Below are positions 35,215 to 49,412 of a stretch of DNA of 64,000 nucleotides, piece after piece; position 1 is the stretch's first letter; every line of letters starts with the position of its first letter. The position numbers and the translations under genes were made by a program. Location: positions 31,188,001 through 31,252,000 of the forward strand of contig NC_045697.1 of assembly GCF_009834535.1 (NCBI RefSeq), in the 5' to 3' direction. This DNA is from Camelus ferus (Eukaryota). A model generated the notes under the pieces. That model had not been told where the DNA came from and searched no databases. It was given only the letters and a program-made list of their open reading frames with translations.

Positions 35215-38107
35215 TGATTTCACGTAGGTCAGAGAAAAATGTGATCTCTAATTTTGAGATATATACCTATGTCTTGTACCCAATAATATATTTTAATTGG
35301 AAAATTTCTCAATTGCCAATTAGTGGAAGAAGAGGAAATTAAAAGAGGACAAAGAAGAAGAAGTGGAGGAGAAGAGGAGGAAAAAAAAATAAGATAAGCA
35401 AAAGGGAAGGAAAACATATACACATGGAATAATAATATTTTAGTAATTATATAGTAAGAAACTGGTTGGAAAATTCTACCAAAGTCATAAGCATTTTATT
35501 AGTGATTGTGTTTGCCTGATGGGACATATGTATTTTTTTTCCTTCTTAAATTTTTTTTAGTACTTTTTTGTGTGTTTTCAATAATTAGAGCATATGTACC
35601 CTCAACTTGGAAAGTTTTTATTAAAATATCATCTATGATATATTTTCTCTGCTTCTTATCCATGTTTGAAACAGAGTCTATTGTTGTAGAAGTTTTGAAC
35701 AATGCAATTTATGGTCACTCAAAGAAGGCATCTCATGAAAGTCAATGTCATCGTACTATTTGTAAGAAACATATTGGCTTTGTACAGGGGGTGTGACTTT
35801 GTAAATGTCTTTACTTTTCTTATTATATGACACAGCAGAAATCCATTTAGGGTTTTGTCTAGTCTGATTTAAAGTGATTTCATGCTACTGATACTTTTTC
35901 AACTTCCCCTTGTGTAAGATCTTATGATACTTTTGTGCTCAGTTTTATCATGAATCACTTCCTGCTTCAACAACATTGTTTTATAATGCAATGACATCAC
36001 TGGCTAAATGTTCAGAAAGTCAAACTGCATAGTTCCTCATTTCAGAGGCTAAGATTTGAGTGACTTCTTATTTTGAAAACAATAATGCAGAATGAACTTG
36101 TCTCTTGAAAAATGTGATGAAACAAGAAAATCAATATTTCTTTAGCATCTACTACTTGTTAGGTATTGTCTGAAGTAATTAATGTATGTTACATGGAATC
36201 CTCTGAAAGCAGACAATGGATAAGGAGACAGAGCTCTAGGAGGTTAAAGAACCAGAACATGGTTCCAAAATCAGTGATGGGGTTGGTACAGAAGATAAAA
36301 AAAAAAATTCTGCTTTTTTATTCCTATCACACTGTAGTGCTCTCCTCATCAATTAAGCCATATAAATGAAAATAAGTATCATTTATAAAAGTAAAAAAAA
36401 AAAAGAAGAATAAAAAGGCAAACTTTAAAAAATCAAGTCAAATGGACAGAAAGTCCCATGGGAGTTCAACTTTAATTCATGATTCAATCCACTCTACTAC
36501 CCCCACTTCATCCAGTCTTAATTTTTTCCCTATGGACTCACACACAAAAACAGAATTTAGACCCTTCTCATTATTTTTCCAGATGTGTCCAATTCTGTCT
36601 GAATCACACACAGAATGCAGTATAAACTCTCAAGCTGGAAGCTCTGATATACTTCATATGTCTTTGAAACTAGAGCTAATTATCGTGTTCTATGAGAATC
36701 TTCTGAAATAAGTTGTAAAAGAAACCAATAGTGTCATATTTTCTGTTCATTCAGATTAAAATGACTGGTTTATGTTTAACTGCATATGTGTAAAATTTCA
36801 GTGGAAAGAACCCAGTTTGTTAATAAATTAAATTATTTTTGCTCTCCTTTAGAGAAAATGATGAAGTCGACAACAAAGCAATCTGTTTTCAATGGTTTAT
36901 TTTAAAAGTAAGCATTTTCAAAGATGTCCTGGTGTCAATATTCTTTCAGCATAATTTTATTTTCTAATTTCATTCTATTCTACAACAATAATGAATGTAA
37001 CAAAAGGGGATACTGATACTAAACCAAAGAGTAATTATTTTGCACCTACTTTAGAGAACACAAATACCATTTTCCAACATTTTTAACAAGGATTAAACCA
37101 GTTTTCAACTGAAAATATAATTAACCAGAAAATAGTCTTCCTAAAACATTCCCATTTCCAAAGCGTCTTATTGAATATGTCTTTGTGGAATTTTCTTATC
37201 TATTCTTTTCCCTTATTTCTATGTGGTGACAGCTGTGTAGTGATATCCTTTGAGTTTTCACCAAACTGTCATAAAGACACTACTTAAGATTCTCTTTAAG
37301 AATGCTAATTACTTTTAACATGTACAAAATATGTTCCATTGATGATTAAGTAAGCAACTAATTTAAAAACATTCCTCTGATTTAAGAGCTGCCTGTTGGC
37401 ATAGCTGCATAAAGGTTCCCTTCACACTCAGAGAATCTGCCAAAATGTGAAGGATGATTTATAAACACATAGTTCAATAAGACTCCTTAGAACAGTACTC
37501 AGAAGAGAAAATAGTCAAGGAAGAATTTTAGTTTGAAAACTCTAGCCTCAAGGATAGATAACCTTAAGAGGAAAAGGAACAGAAACTGATTTCAACTTTG
37601 TTGGTAGACTGTTCATCTATTTAATTATTCTAATTTACATTTTCAAGAGTTTAAAAAGTGCTCCCAAAGAAATTGATCTCTAAATGATATGTGATATAGC
37701 TGTTCAACCATATTTTAGAGAAAGTGGATAATAATTTCACTAAAAGGATAAGATTAATCTGAACACTCTTTACATTCAAAGAGTTCATATTTCTAAAAAA
37801 TAAATATATGTTGCGTTAGAACAAGCTTTATAAAAGGGACCGGATTTTTGGGTGGTAGAATGATATAGATGTTACTATACTCTGTGAGGATGGATTAATG
37901 GATTCTGAACTCTTGAAGTCTGTTTTATAACTCTTTACTATATGCTAATCATGAAAAAATAGATATAAACAGTACCCTATGACTTTGTTCATGTTGACTT
38001 GATATCTCCAGTGGATGCTATTTTTTATTTTGAAATGTTTTTACTCTGATATTTTGCTACAGTGAAGAATAGGGAGTACAGGGAAAATACAGACAGAAAC
38101 AGGTACA

Positions 38108-38480
38108 GTGGTGATGGCGTTGTTGGTCCCATTTTTCACCCCACCTTGAGCCTGGACCCTTTTTAGTATGGACGGCTGTAGTGCCTTCACACTGTGGGCA
38201 GTGTGTATGTCTCTGCTTCCTGAATTTGTGTTTGGGTATATATCATCTTTTGACCGATAGAATGAGGTGGAAGTGGTAGTGTGCCAGTTTCGAGCCCAGG
38301 CATCAAAAGCTCTTTATGCTTCTATTTGCTTTATTTCACTTCTGCTATTGCCATTAGAAGAACATGCCTTTGCAAACTCACTGGTTCCAAGTGAAAGATG
38401 AAATACAAGTGGAACAGAACCATCCTCAGCTGAGCCGAGTCCAGGTCAGCAATATCCTAGCTGGAGAAGTAAAGAATCAA
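38108..38480 (+). mobile_element. MaLR LTR (MLT1G/H-like)
   Basis: 'ttttgaccgatagaatgaggtggaagtggtagtgtgccagtttcgagcccaggc' and 'ctgctattgccattagaagaacatgcc'. Confidence 0.75.
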
Positions 38481-38557
38481 TAAAACAATGCTCCAAACAT
38501 AGAATAAAGGTAGGGTAGACTGAATAAAGACCCTAGAACAGGTCATACACTAGAGAT

Positions 38558-38731
38558 CAGGACAGACTACATAATATGTGAAGCCAAGTATAAGGTGAAA
38601 ATGTGGAGCCTATTGGTAAATTATTAAGATTTTCAAATTAGTAGCAGCAGAGTATCAAACCAAGCACGGGATCCTTGTAAGAGTAGGGCCAGCGTGACTG
38701 CACAGGTCACATGGCCATAAAGCCTGCCCTG
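38558..38731. mobile_element. MER45A-like hAT-Tip100 MITE
   Basis: 'aattattaagattttcaa..gcagcagagtatcaaaccaagcacggg...tgactgcacaggtcacatg..gccctg'. Flanks tagagat/tagaaat. Confidence 0.75.
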
Positions 38732-40119
38732 TAGAAATATTTCAAACATTGAGTGAGCAGCTGGAGGATGTGACTTTTAACTTCTCTTTCTGATTTTGCT
38801 GAAATGCTGTAGATACTGAAGGTGAAAGGAACCTTAGATCACACATCTTACCTACCAAGTGTTTAGATGGAGGTGCTACGGTTCATTGTCGCATGTCTAG
38901 AATCTAGCAGGTAATTTACTAATCAGGGGCAGTACCAACATAAAAACTGGGGTCTCCAGAATCCTACTTCAGTATTATTTCTACTATAACAGAAACACAA
39001 TATATGCTATATGTATTCAAATATATATATATATATATCAGAAAATGTACATTTCCTACCTTTATAAAAGGGAAAAACATTGCTCAATTTTCACCATTCA
39101 GAGGTCACAAAGAATGAGAGAGGAGATAAGGTGTGCAGAAGGGCTTTTCTTATTCTAAAAGTAGTTTTACAATCAGCAAACATATAAAAGCCAGAATATT
39201 TTATACTGAAAATGAGGATTTTCATTTTTCTTTTTGAAAAATCAGGATACACTGGCCAGGTATTCCTTCCCACATGTGTGATGAGGGCTTGACAATTCTG
39301 CACCACCCCCGGCCTGTCATCCACCAGAGGATCAAAGTTCTCTAGGGTATCAGTCTCCATCTTCCTCAGTTCCTTACATCAAGCCTGTTTGCTCTTTCCT
39401 GTTATCTGCCTGGACCTTGAACCAGGTAGAGATTTTGATTGCTACCTTCGAGATCTTCAGTGCTCCCTAACCTGAGATTATGTCTCTTCTTCAGAAACAG
39501 ACAGTGAAGAGTTACCCATGGGCATGGGACTGGAAAATGAAATGTCGCTCTTGATGGAATGATCATATGTAGTTAGATACAGTGATACTAAGGTAACGTT
39601 GCAATGTTGCGATTATTATACTTTTAGTAAATCAGGATGCTACCTTTAGGTAGCATTTAAATTGGAATATGCACAGTAGCCATGCTAGTTCTATGTGCAT
39701 ATAACTCACCTGGCTTTTCTTTTAGCAGTGATTACCTGAATAGTTGTTCTCTGGATAATAACTAACTGGACCCTTGTGTCTCAATCATTCTAAAATTCTT
39801 CCAAGTCCCCTTGGCCTCTCTTTCTACACCCATTCCTTGTTGAGAATGAAAATGTGGAGAGACCTAATTGATGTCTGAACATATTCTTGTTTATCCTGAT
39901 GCACAAGTCCCCAAGGTCTGTCTCTGAGATTGTCCTGCAAGCAACACTTATTTAGAAGAGGCTTACCCCAACTCCCTGCTGTAATCAACCCCCTAGAGAA
40001 ATATAATTTTTAATTAAGTGAAGCAGTGTTTACTTTTGGTCTAGAGCTGATTAATCAGAACTTCACTATTTGTGTTGCAAAAAGGGGGATAAATTAACTA
40101 TACCTTTAATTAGACAAGG

Positions 40120-40129
40120 GGGAATTTCC
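40120..40129 (+). promoter_or_regulatory. Canonical NF-kB site GGGAATTTCC
   Basis: Exact match to GGGRNYYYCC. Function not shown. Confidence 0.35.
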
Positions 40130-40390
40130 CTTCACAGTCTGCCATCTAGCTAGAGTAAAAGCAGACTCTGAAGCCAAGACACAGGGAGCTTGAAATAGTC
40201 CGTATGAGTGGCACAGGGGTTAGGCCTTTTGAAAATAAACTTGTTAGCTGGTGAGCTCTGGACTCTGTGTTCACTAAATTACTTATTAGGATAGGTTATT
40301 CTATTATTTGTTTTAATGATCAGGATCTGTTTTTTCAAACTGTGCCCATTGAACTTTGGGGATGAAAGTCAAGTCAAACACATCCCTCGC

Positions 40391-40747
40391 TGTGTTACTT
40401 AGGGCCGGACACCACAAATGGTCACAGACTGGTGGCTTAAGCAACAGGAATGCATTTTCTCATGGTTCTGGAGGCTGGACATCCTAGCCAGAGGTCTGGC
40501 AGGGCTGGTTGCTGGTCAGGGCTCTCTCCCTGGCTTGCAGATTGGCCCCTGTGTCTTCACACGGCAGTGAGAGAGTGAGAGGGGCTCTCTGGGGTCCCTT
40601 CTTGTACAAACACTAATTCCAGAGGATCAGGGCCCCACCCTTATAACCCCATTTAACCTTAATTACCTCCTAAAGGTGTAGTCACCCTGGGGGTTAAGGC
40701 TTCAGCATGTACATTTTAGGTGGAGATGCTCAGTTGAGTCCATAGCA
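40391..40747 (-). mobile_element. MaLR solo LTR (MLT1A-like)
   Basis: TG...CA ends, 'ggtggcttaagcaacaggaatgcattttctcatggttctggaggctgg' and 'gggccccacccttataaccccatttaaccttaattacctcc'. Confidence 0.88.
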
Positions 40748-42049
40748 CTCATGTAAGCCTTCTATTCTGTCTCACTTCCGGTCTTTATCTTCTTTTAAGT
40801 AGAGACTTTGAGGCCAGTAGGGACTTCCCGGTTGAATATTCTTTGCTCTTGTCAGCATGAAAGGTTAAATTTTAGTTGTGGAAACCGAGCTTCTTTTCTC
40901 CTGGACTACATATCACAGCTTTCTGTCATCTACTCTTTTTTATATATGTCTATTTCAGCTTTTCCGATCCCAGGAAGCAGAACTATCAGAATCCCAATAA
41001 AAACATCTTATCTGATAATATAGGGGAGCCTTGAGCACTGGATAATAAACTGACCTGTGGCTGTCACTTGTTCCTCCTTCCTCTGGACAGAGACGTTTAA
41101 ATCCTGAATGTGAAGCTTGAAATAAAAGGTAATATTAAATGTAAATGCCACTTTTCACAATAACTTTCAAAACTCCTTTTCTCTGCCATAAAATATATCT
41201 CTTCAAGCAGAATTTTTAGAAATATAACGTTTTTAAGGGAGGATAATAGGAACAGGGAGACACGATGTACATGGACTTCCAGGTACTAGGTGCGCACACA
41301 CGATAGCTTTGAATCTTAAAGAATCCTCTAGAGTAAGGTCTTTTAGCCACACTATTTTAGCTGAGAAAAGAAAGGTTCATAAGGAAGTGATTTTTTTCTT
41401 TAATTATACAATTTGTAAGTTAACAAAGATAGGATTCAAATCCAGCTTTGCTGGACACCAAGCTGGAGGAGGATTTGTAAGAAAACCAGGAGCCATTGTT
41501 GTTTACCATTCTTTCATATAAAAGCTAACTCTGCAGTACCAAGAATAAGGAAATATGGATCTGTCTAAAGAAATGGTAGGGCTCCTTTTTTGAGTGAATG
41601 GATTTTTCTCTTGGCTTCTGCTGCCTTGACTCTATAAACCAAATGGGAATCCCAATCACAGAAGAATGCTGATCTTTCTATTGATAAATTTATATTTTCC
41701 TGTCTGACATTTTATTTCTACTTATATTATGCTACTTAAGAATATCTATTTTTGAAATAATCCACTAAAATTTCCTTGGCAGAGTGAAGATATTAAGTAC
41801 AAACTACTAATATTTGCCCTAATTATTTCAGGAAAAACTTTGTCTTAGGCAACTCCAAAAATCTATGTTAGACACAGAAAATGTGTGTCTAGCAAGAAAG
41901 GATAAAGAAGTTAATATCTTTAAATTATATGTTTATTTGGTGAAATTTAAAAATTATACTTTTTAATTTCATACATCAATTTTTGGAAAAACATTTCAGT
42001 TTTTTTTTTTTTGAAGAGTGAACCATAGATACGTTTGTATGTACCTTAT

Positions 42050-42560
42050 TTATTTAATTCCCCAACAAATATTTATTGAATCCTATGCTTTGGTCTAAAT
42101 GCTGGAGATACAATGCTGATTAAATTTTCATGGAATTTACAGTGCAGTGGGAATGGCAAGCATTAGTCAAATAACCACACAAGCGTGTACAATTATAACT
42201 GACAGATGCTAAAAAAGATAGAACCATATGTTACGATGTCTATGATAGAGGTGTTGGACCAAGTCAAGAAGGTCAGGGAAGGCTTAAGGTGGTGTTTGAA
42301 ACATTAGTAGAATCAGTGAGGCCAAAGAGAGAAGGAGGCATTTTGTGGGAAAAGGGACTGTCATTGTGAAGAAGCTCTTACTGGAGGGCACGTTGGCATC
42401 TTGACCCTTAGAGAAAACTTGGAGTCATGGGAGGCAAGTGATATGATCATCCTTAGGTTTCACAAAGCTCATTCTGGCTATAATACAGAGAGTGGACAGG
42501 AGACCGTTGTTAGGAGGCTGCTATGGGAGTCCACGCCAAGGTCAAAGTTTAGATAATAGT
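42050..42560 (-). mobile_element. L2 3' fragment
   Basis: 'caacaaatatttattgaatcctatg..tctaaatgctggagatacaa', 'ggtcagggaaggctt' and 'ctcattctggct'. Confidence 0.75.
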
Positions 42561-42689
42561 AGCTAGAAATTCTAGCGTATATCAGGGTCACCTAAGAGGC
42601 AGCTTTCATGAATGGGCTCCTGACAAATAGAAAGATGCCAACATTTTAGGGGGCAGAAATCTGTTTTATAATTTTTAAAAACATTTTCC

Positions 42690-43712
42690 CATTAAACAAA
42701 ATATTTAAAATACTTTCAGATTTGCAAAAACCAAGAGAATTCCCACCTACTCTTCCCCTATACTCTTCACATAGATTTCCCACATGTCCTCCTCTTACAT
42801 AATGACAGTATAATGACCAAACCCAGGAAATTAATACTCATGCAGTACTGTGAACTAATCTGCATATTCTATCCAAATCTGGTCTGTTGTCTTATGAATG
42901 TCCTCTATCTGACCTAGAGCCACACATTGTGTTTAGCTGGCCTGACACCATAGTCTCCTTTAATCTGGGACAATGTGTCAGCTTTCTTCATCTTTCATGA
43001 CCTTGACACTTTGGAAGAGTACTGGCTAGTTATTTTGTAGAATGGGCCGCAATTTGAGCTATGTCTCCTCTTGATTAAATTCAGGTTATATAGTATCGGT
43101 AGAAATACACAGACGTGCTTCTGTGCCGTTTGTGGAACACGACTTCAGGAGGCACGTGGTGTAACGTGGCATCTGCCAAGTCTCCCCACTGTCGAGTTAC
43201 TGGAGCTCTTTTTTACTTTGTAATTAATCATTATCTCGAGGGGATACACTTGGAGACTGTGTAAATCCTGTGTCTTATCTTACTTTTGCCCACTAATTTT
43301 AGCATCTGTTGGTAAATCTTGCCTAAACAATTATTTATGTGATATTTTTTAAATGGTGGATTTTCTTTTTTCATCATTACTGCTAAATTTATTCATTGGA
43401 ATTTAATGACAAGGAAGAGCTTTCCCTTTTTTTTACTCATTTTTATTCAATTATCCATTTATATTAGCATGATCTCATGGATACCTGATTTATTCTATGG
43501 GTTATACTTTATTGCTATCATTATTTTATTTTGCTCCTTAAATTGTCCAGATTTGGCCATTGGAAGCCATTTCAAATTGACTCCTGTTTCCTTTGGATAT
43601 GTCTTCATAATGAAAAAAAAAATCATTTTCTTACTTCTTGGCCCCACAAAATTACCCAGAAGTACCTTTCAGTTTCCCTGTCCTAGACTTTTAATGCTGT
43701 TTTGCCAAGGAG
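42690..43712 (-). mobile_element. Old L1 3'UTR (L1MC4/5-like)
   Basis: 'cacacattgtgtttagctgg..tagtctcctttaatctggga', 'tctttcatgaccttgacactttggaagagtactggc' and 'aaattgtccagatttggccattggaagc'. Confidence 0.85.
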
Positions 43713-44814
43713 TAGGGCCAAAGAATTTCCAGTATATATATTGATCCTCAAAAGGGACTTTCATTATTAGATAAATTTAAACTCCCACCCTAGTCATATA
43801 CTGACCTAAACATAGCAGTCATTCTCAATGAGCAGACAATCAGCTTTTAGCTATAACAAAGCTGAACTCTTAAGAAAGCCGAACAAATTTATAACCAATG
43901 TATAAAATAAATGCCTAGGATAAAGGACTAGTTAAAATGCAATTTAATTCAGGCAGTAGAGGTGACATGGGGAGCCAGACAACATAGATGAGGGCAACTT
44001 ATGCCTAAAGCTTAAGGCCCTGAACTCAAATATCCATGTGCCTAGAGAGAGTCCTTAACACAATTTCCCCATAAATTAACCCCAACCAGGAAAACTCTGC
44101 TCACACTGTAGGATCTATCTTCTCCTGGAAGTGTCAGGTCTCAGAATTAGTTGCAAAGCAATGCATAGCTACCCAAGAGAACTAAAGGACTCAGTTTAAA
44201 ATAAAACAAAGCAAAACAAAAAATAGCCAACTCTCTGAACCTAAGGTTGAGGGTTGTAGAATTCAGGGAGTGACTGTTGGCCATACCACTGCACTGGCCT
44301 TTGTAGCATTTGAACAAGTTAAATATCTGGTTTAGCATGCAGTAGAAGATCTCTGTAATACTGTAACTGCTCTCTGGAATAGTTAAAGCACTTAGGCAGA
44401 TGTGGACTTGGAGTAAATTGCTGAAATGTGTAGCAGCAAGAACAAGAGAAAAACAGGGCCACTGAGTTTCAGGGTATAACAGATACCGACAGATACAGAC
44501 ACACATTCATAAACGTGCCTATCAGCTAGTTTTCAACAAACATGTGAGTCAGGAGAGAGTTAAAAAGGAAAGTGATGGTTAAAGTGAACTACCTGTTGTC
44601 TGAGAAACAGACAGCATTCGTGATTATTTTGGTGATTTTTTTTTTTCCTATAGAAAGTGTTTTTCTTACCTGTTGAACGTGATTCATTTGTAGGGAATAT
44701 GATAAAAGAATTAGGAAGAGCTGTGATGTAGCACGTAGCTATCTCCAGCTTTCTTTAGATCCCCTAAGTTCACCTCCTATTTTTGACACCCTAGTGTGTA
44801 GACTTAAGAAGACG

Positions 44815-45012
44815 AAACAAAACCTACTGTAGAGCACAGGGAACTATATTCAATTTCTTGTAATGAACTGTAATGAAAAAGAAACTGAAAAAAAGTATAT
44901 GTATAATTCAATCGCTTTGCTATACACCTGAAACTAACATCGTAAATAGACTACACTTCAATAAAAATAAGAATAAAAAGAAAGGAAGGAAGGAAGAAAG
45001 AAAGAAAAAAAG
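44815..45012 (+). mobile_element. Short L1 3' end with A-rich tail
   Basis: 'cctactgtagagcacagggaactatattcaa...gctatacacctgaaactaac...acttcaataaaaa', followed by a GAAA/GGAA tail. Confidence 0.88.
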
Positions 45013-47334
45013 ACTACATGAAATTGTCAATGTGAAGACTCCAGTCTCCTCCACAAAAGAGCTGATCCTTTAGTTTCAGGGGCAATTTATGAGAGAATTT
45101 GTTCAGTTAATGACATATCAATCTTACTTTAAGACACAGCCATAATTCTTTGTGTGCTCAGTGTGCTGCTTCAGATCTTACAGACGCTCGACTAAATCAA
45201 CAATAGCAGGTATATTTCTTAAAATAGAAAAAGAAATAATTACAACTATGTTTGAAGCCATTTTCAGAAGAAAACAAGATTTGCCATTGGAAACACTATT
45301 CAAATGATAGAAGAACTATATAGACATAGTGAGTTATTATGAGATAATGGTGCACGTCATTTGAGTTTATCTTAGATAATGTCTATTTGAGTGTTTGGTT
45401 TATTTTTTCATTAGTTATAATCCAAGTCTCTGTTCTATTCAAGTCTGTATCATTCATGTGCAGCGTTATAAAAACTGGTCTATTTTATATCTACTATTTT
45501 GTTGCATCTCTACCTTATTATTCAGCTAATGAATCGAGAATAAAAAGTACCTTAAAAAATAATCCTGAGTAATAGATTACGGAGAGTGAAAACTGCAGTA
45601 GTGATAACACAAAACTGGGGAGCCAGCCTCTTCTGCTTAGAAGCATTCTCTCCTTTGCTTTTGATTATTACTCCTTGGCAGAGATCACAATCATAATATT
45701 GTGAGGTGAGTGTGTAAGACATCCTTTACCTTCATAATATTTTACTTTTTTAAGGACATTAATATTGGCATCAAATCTGTGACATTAGTAATAATTGAAT
45801 GATGGAGGGAAAGAGGGAGCACTTAATTTTTTGGAAGTAGAAAATGTGTAGTGATACAAAGTTTGGAATTTTAAAATCATTAAAACATACACTTTATCTC
45901 TTTAAATTAAAAAAAAAAATTCTACCTTATTCAAAGTATGACCTGAGTTTAGTAAAAATAATATTACTAATTCATTTTGAATGCCAGGTCAGGAAGACAT
46001 TATATCAACTTCTCATCTGAGGACTTTTGAATGACGGATGTAGTTCAGTTGCCTGAGCATCTGAATTGATGCTGTAATATAATTGCTGGGAGACCACAAG
46101 TGAGAAAAATGATTTATGTCTCTCTACCCAGTTTTTTCCCAGTCCATGTTCATCATTTCAATGAAATGGAAACACCTGAAAAGTTGGCATCTGTAGACCA
46201 AGTGTCAAATAGATATTGGCACTTTTCTATTGTACACGACTTAAATATCTTTGGTAGGCGTATTTTGTGTTATACCTGTTTCTTTCTAATAAAGTAGGGA
46301 AAGTCAGCTCTTCTGAACACTCATGTTACTGGGAAAATACAGATGTTGATAAATGTATAAATATAAATCAGAATAACTGAAAATTTCTAATCATAGTCCA
46401 CTTATAAACATGAATATTTATGTCCCTAGGTAATAAATATCCTTCCTATAAATTAGTAAGTTGGCATCCGATTTAGAAATCAGTATTTTAAAATTTTGTT
46501 GGCTTGAGTCTGTCCTCTGAGTGAACGAACTAAATCAGATTTTCAGATCTGCAAAATTGAGAATCAGCTTGGAATAGCTTCCCCATTGGTGACATCTGGA
46601 AGAAATGGGTGGATAGTACATTTATACGTCATTCAAGAAAAGCTAATAGAAATTTAAAGTACATACAAGGAAGCTAGGATATTTGGAGAACGAACTAGAA
46701 CTAGAAGACAAAGAGAAAATGTTTAACTGCTCCTAATTCAGATGTGAATCCAGATGCTTACTTCTCAGCTGTTACAATGTGTTCTTGAGAAATTCTCAAG
46801 AGGTTACTGCTTGATGAAAGCAGATCGTCTCAAGCGCTGCTCTTGGCACAGAACACCTTTGTGGTTTCAGCACATTAAGAGCTACAAAAAACCTCATTGC
46901 TATTTTAGTGACTGCAGCCAAATGTATCTGTAAGTGCATATGAGATGCATTCTGGGGACTTCCAGAACTAGGCCCCAAAATAGACAGTTAGGATTCTGAT
47001 TCCAGAGAAATGTAGAGACCCATGGAACCAGGCTATCATTAGCTAGTGTTAGGCTGGACTTACTACATCACATTGTTCTCTTCATGCACAACTTCTCTGA
47101 GCATTTCTCCTCCTGTAGGCTCCCCTGGAAGAGAAGCCTTTGCAGCATCAGTCAAGGCAAGGAATACATGTGATGTCTCCTGTGACCATGCTGGCGTATG
47201 CTATTACTCAGCAAGTACTTAGTCTTTTCTCTTTATATTGTCCTTCTATTAGAAGAATCTGTACATAGTGAGGATTTTGCTACTATAACTAGTCTATAAA
47301 TACATACCAGCAGAGCTATTTACTGAAGAATGGT

Positions 47335-47590
47335 CAGAATCTGGTGACAGTGTTGGAGAGTAAGGCCATCACATTCATTGACCAAGGAGCTGGATGGACT
47401 CTCCAGCTCATGTGTTCCATGCAGCTATGTGACATTCTTTGTTATGTTAGCTTGGCAATATTTGGAAGGTCAGTAAACCATCATTCTTCTGTTTGTAAAA
47501 TGGGAAGAGTAACCACTTCACTCAGGTAAGGAGTAAATGTGATATTTCATGTGGCCATGCTCAGAAATAGTTGCTGTTAGTTATTATAGT
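47335..47590 (+). mobile_element. MIR fragment
   Basis: 'tcttctgtttgtaaaatgggaagagtaaccac'. Confidence 0.5.
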
Positions 47591-48487
47591 AAGTAATCTC
47601 TTGCTACAAACTCAGAAAATGTGTAGCAGGTAGCCACATATCTCAAACTGGTTTATTCTTTGTAACAACCCCCCCACCCCCAGATTTCTCCCCAAGGTAA
47701 AATATTTACATGCTTCTGTATCATGTGTCATTTCAGAAAGAGAATAAAAGATTGGAGGTATTACACAGACATATTTCACACACTATGTATTAATACCTTC
47801 AAACCTTCAAGGCGACATACTATTTGTCCTTAAATATTGCCCAAAGTTGGGTTTCTAACGAGAATGTTTAAAATCTAATTTCTAGTGATGGAAAAATTAA
47901 TGTGCACAGAAACTCAGCTACAGATGTATTAATTCCATAAATGATTATTTGTGGATTTATATTGTGATTTAGGAAAATATGCATATGGTTACAGTTTACC
48001 TGAAAAGAAAATGCAGTAATATTTTTTGTAGTTCTGTTTTTCAAAACATCATAAATAGCTGGAGAAACATGATTATTAGTCATATTCCAGTTCAGAACTT
48101 TAGCATCCAAATGGAAATGTTGAAGTCTTATTAAAATATTCCAATTTTAAGACTAAAATCTTTATATAAAAATTCATCCTTTGTACCATCCACTCACTCC
48201 ACATGAGAATTTACTGGGTGCCTGAACTCTTTACAGTGCAGAGAAAATGAATCTTCAAGTTCACAGTTGTGGTTTACATAGATTCCAGATTATCTCCACA
48301 CTGACTGTCAGAACAGAGGGTAGCTAGACAAGGGTGACATTTAAAGGACAACATGAGGTGGTGTCCTGCAGGATGTGGCCCTGTCTAGCTTTCCAACATC
48401 ATCTTGTGTCATTTTTGCCCTCTGTGATCCAGATACAGTGTCTCTTTAACATAGCCTTATTATGTCTCTGTCTAGATCTGAGCATAA

Positions 48488-48521
<34 letters not shown>

Positions 48522-48939
48522 GTTTTTTACACAGTAATTTGCTGAAGTAAATTTCTAAAGCCTTTATATACTCTTCTAATGGCATCTGACCTGTTATGGC
48601 TGCCTCTCTCCATGTATGGGAATCCCTACATCAGGAGATTCACCTGCCCAACACAAACACCATCACTCAAAATCCCGGCTCCCTTGCCTTAGATGCAGAT
48701 AGATGACCAAGACCCACCAAGCGAACACACTCTCAATACTCCCCAAGGCTCAGAATGGGAGCCCCTTTTCCCCTTTGGCTGTCACTGAAGGCAACAGTGA
48801 TGTCTTCCACGGTGGAAATGGTGGCAGTATTTCGGTGGTTAGAAAGTCAAGTTCTCCGTACCAAAGTGACATCGGTGAGCCGGAGAAACAACTTATGACC
48901 ATCGTGCAGAAACATCACAACTGTTCCTTCATCAGGCCG

Positions 48940-49390
48940 GTTCAGTTGCATGCTTTCGGGTTTTGTCCTGGAATGCTTTGTCTCCGAGCCTGGTTCTCCA
49001 GTCCTCTCCGCGATGTTGTAAGCTACCCGAACTTTCCTGGTAACCAGCCAGAGTCGGCTTCTGCTGCTCACAACTAAGAACTCTGTTAAACATCCACCAA
49101 CGCAGCCTTGTCTAAGGGAGTCCCCTTCGACTAGTTTCTTTCTCAGGATACCACTTGATTTCTTTCTTAGCACTTAACACAGTGTCTAATTAACTTTTCT
49201 TTGTTGACAATTTTGATGTATCTCCGAAGGGGCTGTAAGCTTCTGGAGGGCAGAGGCAGGGTCTTCTTAGGCACCACTGCATCCACGGCACATTTAATAA
49301 CCGCTCAGTAAATGTTTTTGAAGCGATGTATGAAGCATCTGAAAGCTTTAGTTTTTTCAGCTTCTATTATTTGCTTGATGAATGAATCAA
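48940..49390 (+). mobile_element. L2 3' end fragment
   Basis: 'cctggaatgctttgtctcc', 'ctgtaagcttctggagggcagaggcagggtc' and 'gctcagtaaatgtttttgaa'. Confidence 0.65.
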
Positions 49391-49412
49391 CGAGGTAAAG
49401 AAACACCTCCTG

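Noticed and set aside
41866..41894. Short hairpin tgttagacaca / tgtgtctagca
   Set aside because: An 11-bp stem is too short for a pre-miRNA and is expected by chance.
45682..45705. 24-nt plus-strand micro-exon candidate (cag ... GAG/gtgagt)
   Set aside because: Isolated, with no partner exons or recognisable peptide; expected by chance in 64 kb.
48703..49173. ORFs on both strands in a mildly CpG-rich stretch
   Set aside because: They partly overlap L2-like sequence, and I see no recognisable protein or exon borders.
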